Assembly (NCBI GenBank): GCA_031264205.1
Contig: JAISEH010000106.1
Span: forward strand, 1-33,067
Direction of reading: 5' to 3'
Source of the DNA: Candidatus Margulisiibacteriota bacterium
GTDB lineage: Bacteria; Margulisbacteria; Termititenacia; Termititenacales; Termititenacaceae
DNA: 33,067 nt
Every line of letters starts with the position of its first letter. Position 1 is the stretch's first letter. Positions 32,782 to 33,067 of this stretch are shown here, in pieces. A model generated the notes under the pieces. It was not told the DNA's origin. It saw nothing but the letters and a program-made list of their open reading frames with translations, and did not search any database. Position numbers and translations under genes: made by a program.

Positions 32782-33067
32782 ATGAAAAAAATATTTTTCT
32801 GTTTAGCATTGGCGGCCTGGCTGGGCGCCGAGACTTCTATCGGCGGCATCGCTATTGGCGAAACTTTTGACAATGTCGCGCAAAAATATCCTTTTGTCGG
32901 CAGATGGGGCAGACAGGAAATTACCGGCCTGCCCTATCCGCTCAATGTCAACGACAAGACGCAGGTTTTTCTGGCGCAGCAGCCAGAGAACCGCATCTAT
33001 TTTTATTTTAACGAAAACAAAGAAGTGATCGCGGTCGGCCTGTACACCGGCAATATGGCGGCTGGCT
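32782..33067 (+). CDS. Secreted hypothetical protein, 5' part (runs off the window end)
   Basis: The ATG at 32782 opens a frame that stays open to the window end: MKKIFFCLALAAWLGAETSIGGIAIGETFDNVAQKYP... (signal-like N-terminus). TGTTATAAT (32766..32774) sits 7 nt upstream. Confidence 0.6.
   Translation, partial: MKKIFFCLALAAWLGAETSIGGIAIGETFDNVAQKYPFVGRWGRQEITGLPYPLNVNDKTQVFLAQQPENRIYFYFNENKEVIAVGLYTGNMAAG

Noticed and set aside
1-33067. A search for tRNA, rRNA, CRISPR arrays, IS elements or integrases in the intergenic regions.
   Set aside because: No cloverleaf-compatible segments, no regularly spaced direct repeats, and no transposase- or integrase-like ORFs were seen. The TTCGAGCC in the hairpin repeats resembles a T-loop, but the surrounding sequence folds as a rod, not a tRNA.

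Overview
This window is a bacterial chromosomal replication-origin and partition neighbourhood. By eye it is about 50% GC. I saw no rRNA, tRNA, CRISPR array, transposase or integrase.

Gene content from left to right:
- Two back-to-back toxin-antitoxin modules (HEPN/MNT and VapBC).
- A DUF2062/TIGR03546-like and TIGR03545-like membrane gene pair, then an orphan 267-aa gene.
- carB plus a SAM methyltransferase on the minus strand.
- dnaA, an AT-rich region with DnaA-box-like motifs, then dnaN.
- An XRE gene and a decayed tail-fibre gene remnant.
- rpsF-ssb-ssb-rpsR-rplI, an SDR gene and a third ssb.
- mnmG (interrupted by one in-frame TAG), rsmG and a MATE transporter.
- An isolated phage-tail-fibre/collar-domain gene divergent from a second XRE gene.
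- A GNAT gene bracketed by two perfect parS sites, then parA-parB.
- A TRAM-less miaB-like gene, smr and a PstS-like binding protein.
- The convergent mnmE-jag-yidC-yidD-rnpA-rpmH and tyrA-murG-lipoprotein operons.

Nothing here is an unambiguous new multi-gene system. The items most worth a second look are:
1. The XRE plus tail-fibre/collar two-gene module and its decayed inverted paralog next to dnaN, which share promoter architecture.
2. A family of long rod-like palindromic intergenic repeats with compensatory arm substitutions.
3. Three SSB paralogs, including a tandem pair in the S6-S18 operon.
4. A recurrent leaderless-type promoter/start arrangement at about a dozen genes.
5. A second cluster of DnaA-box-like motifs about 15 kb from dnaA.
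6. The in-frame amber codon in mnmG.

All family assignments come from motif recognition by eye and need HMM or BLAST confirmation.
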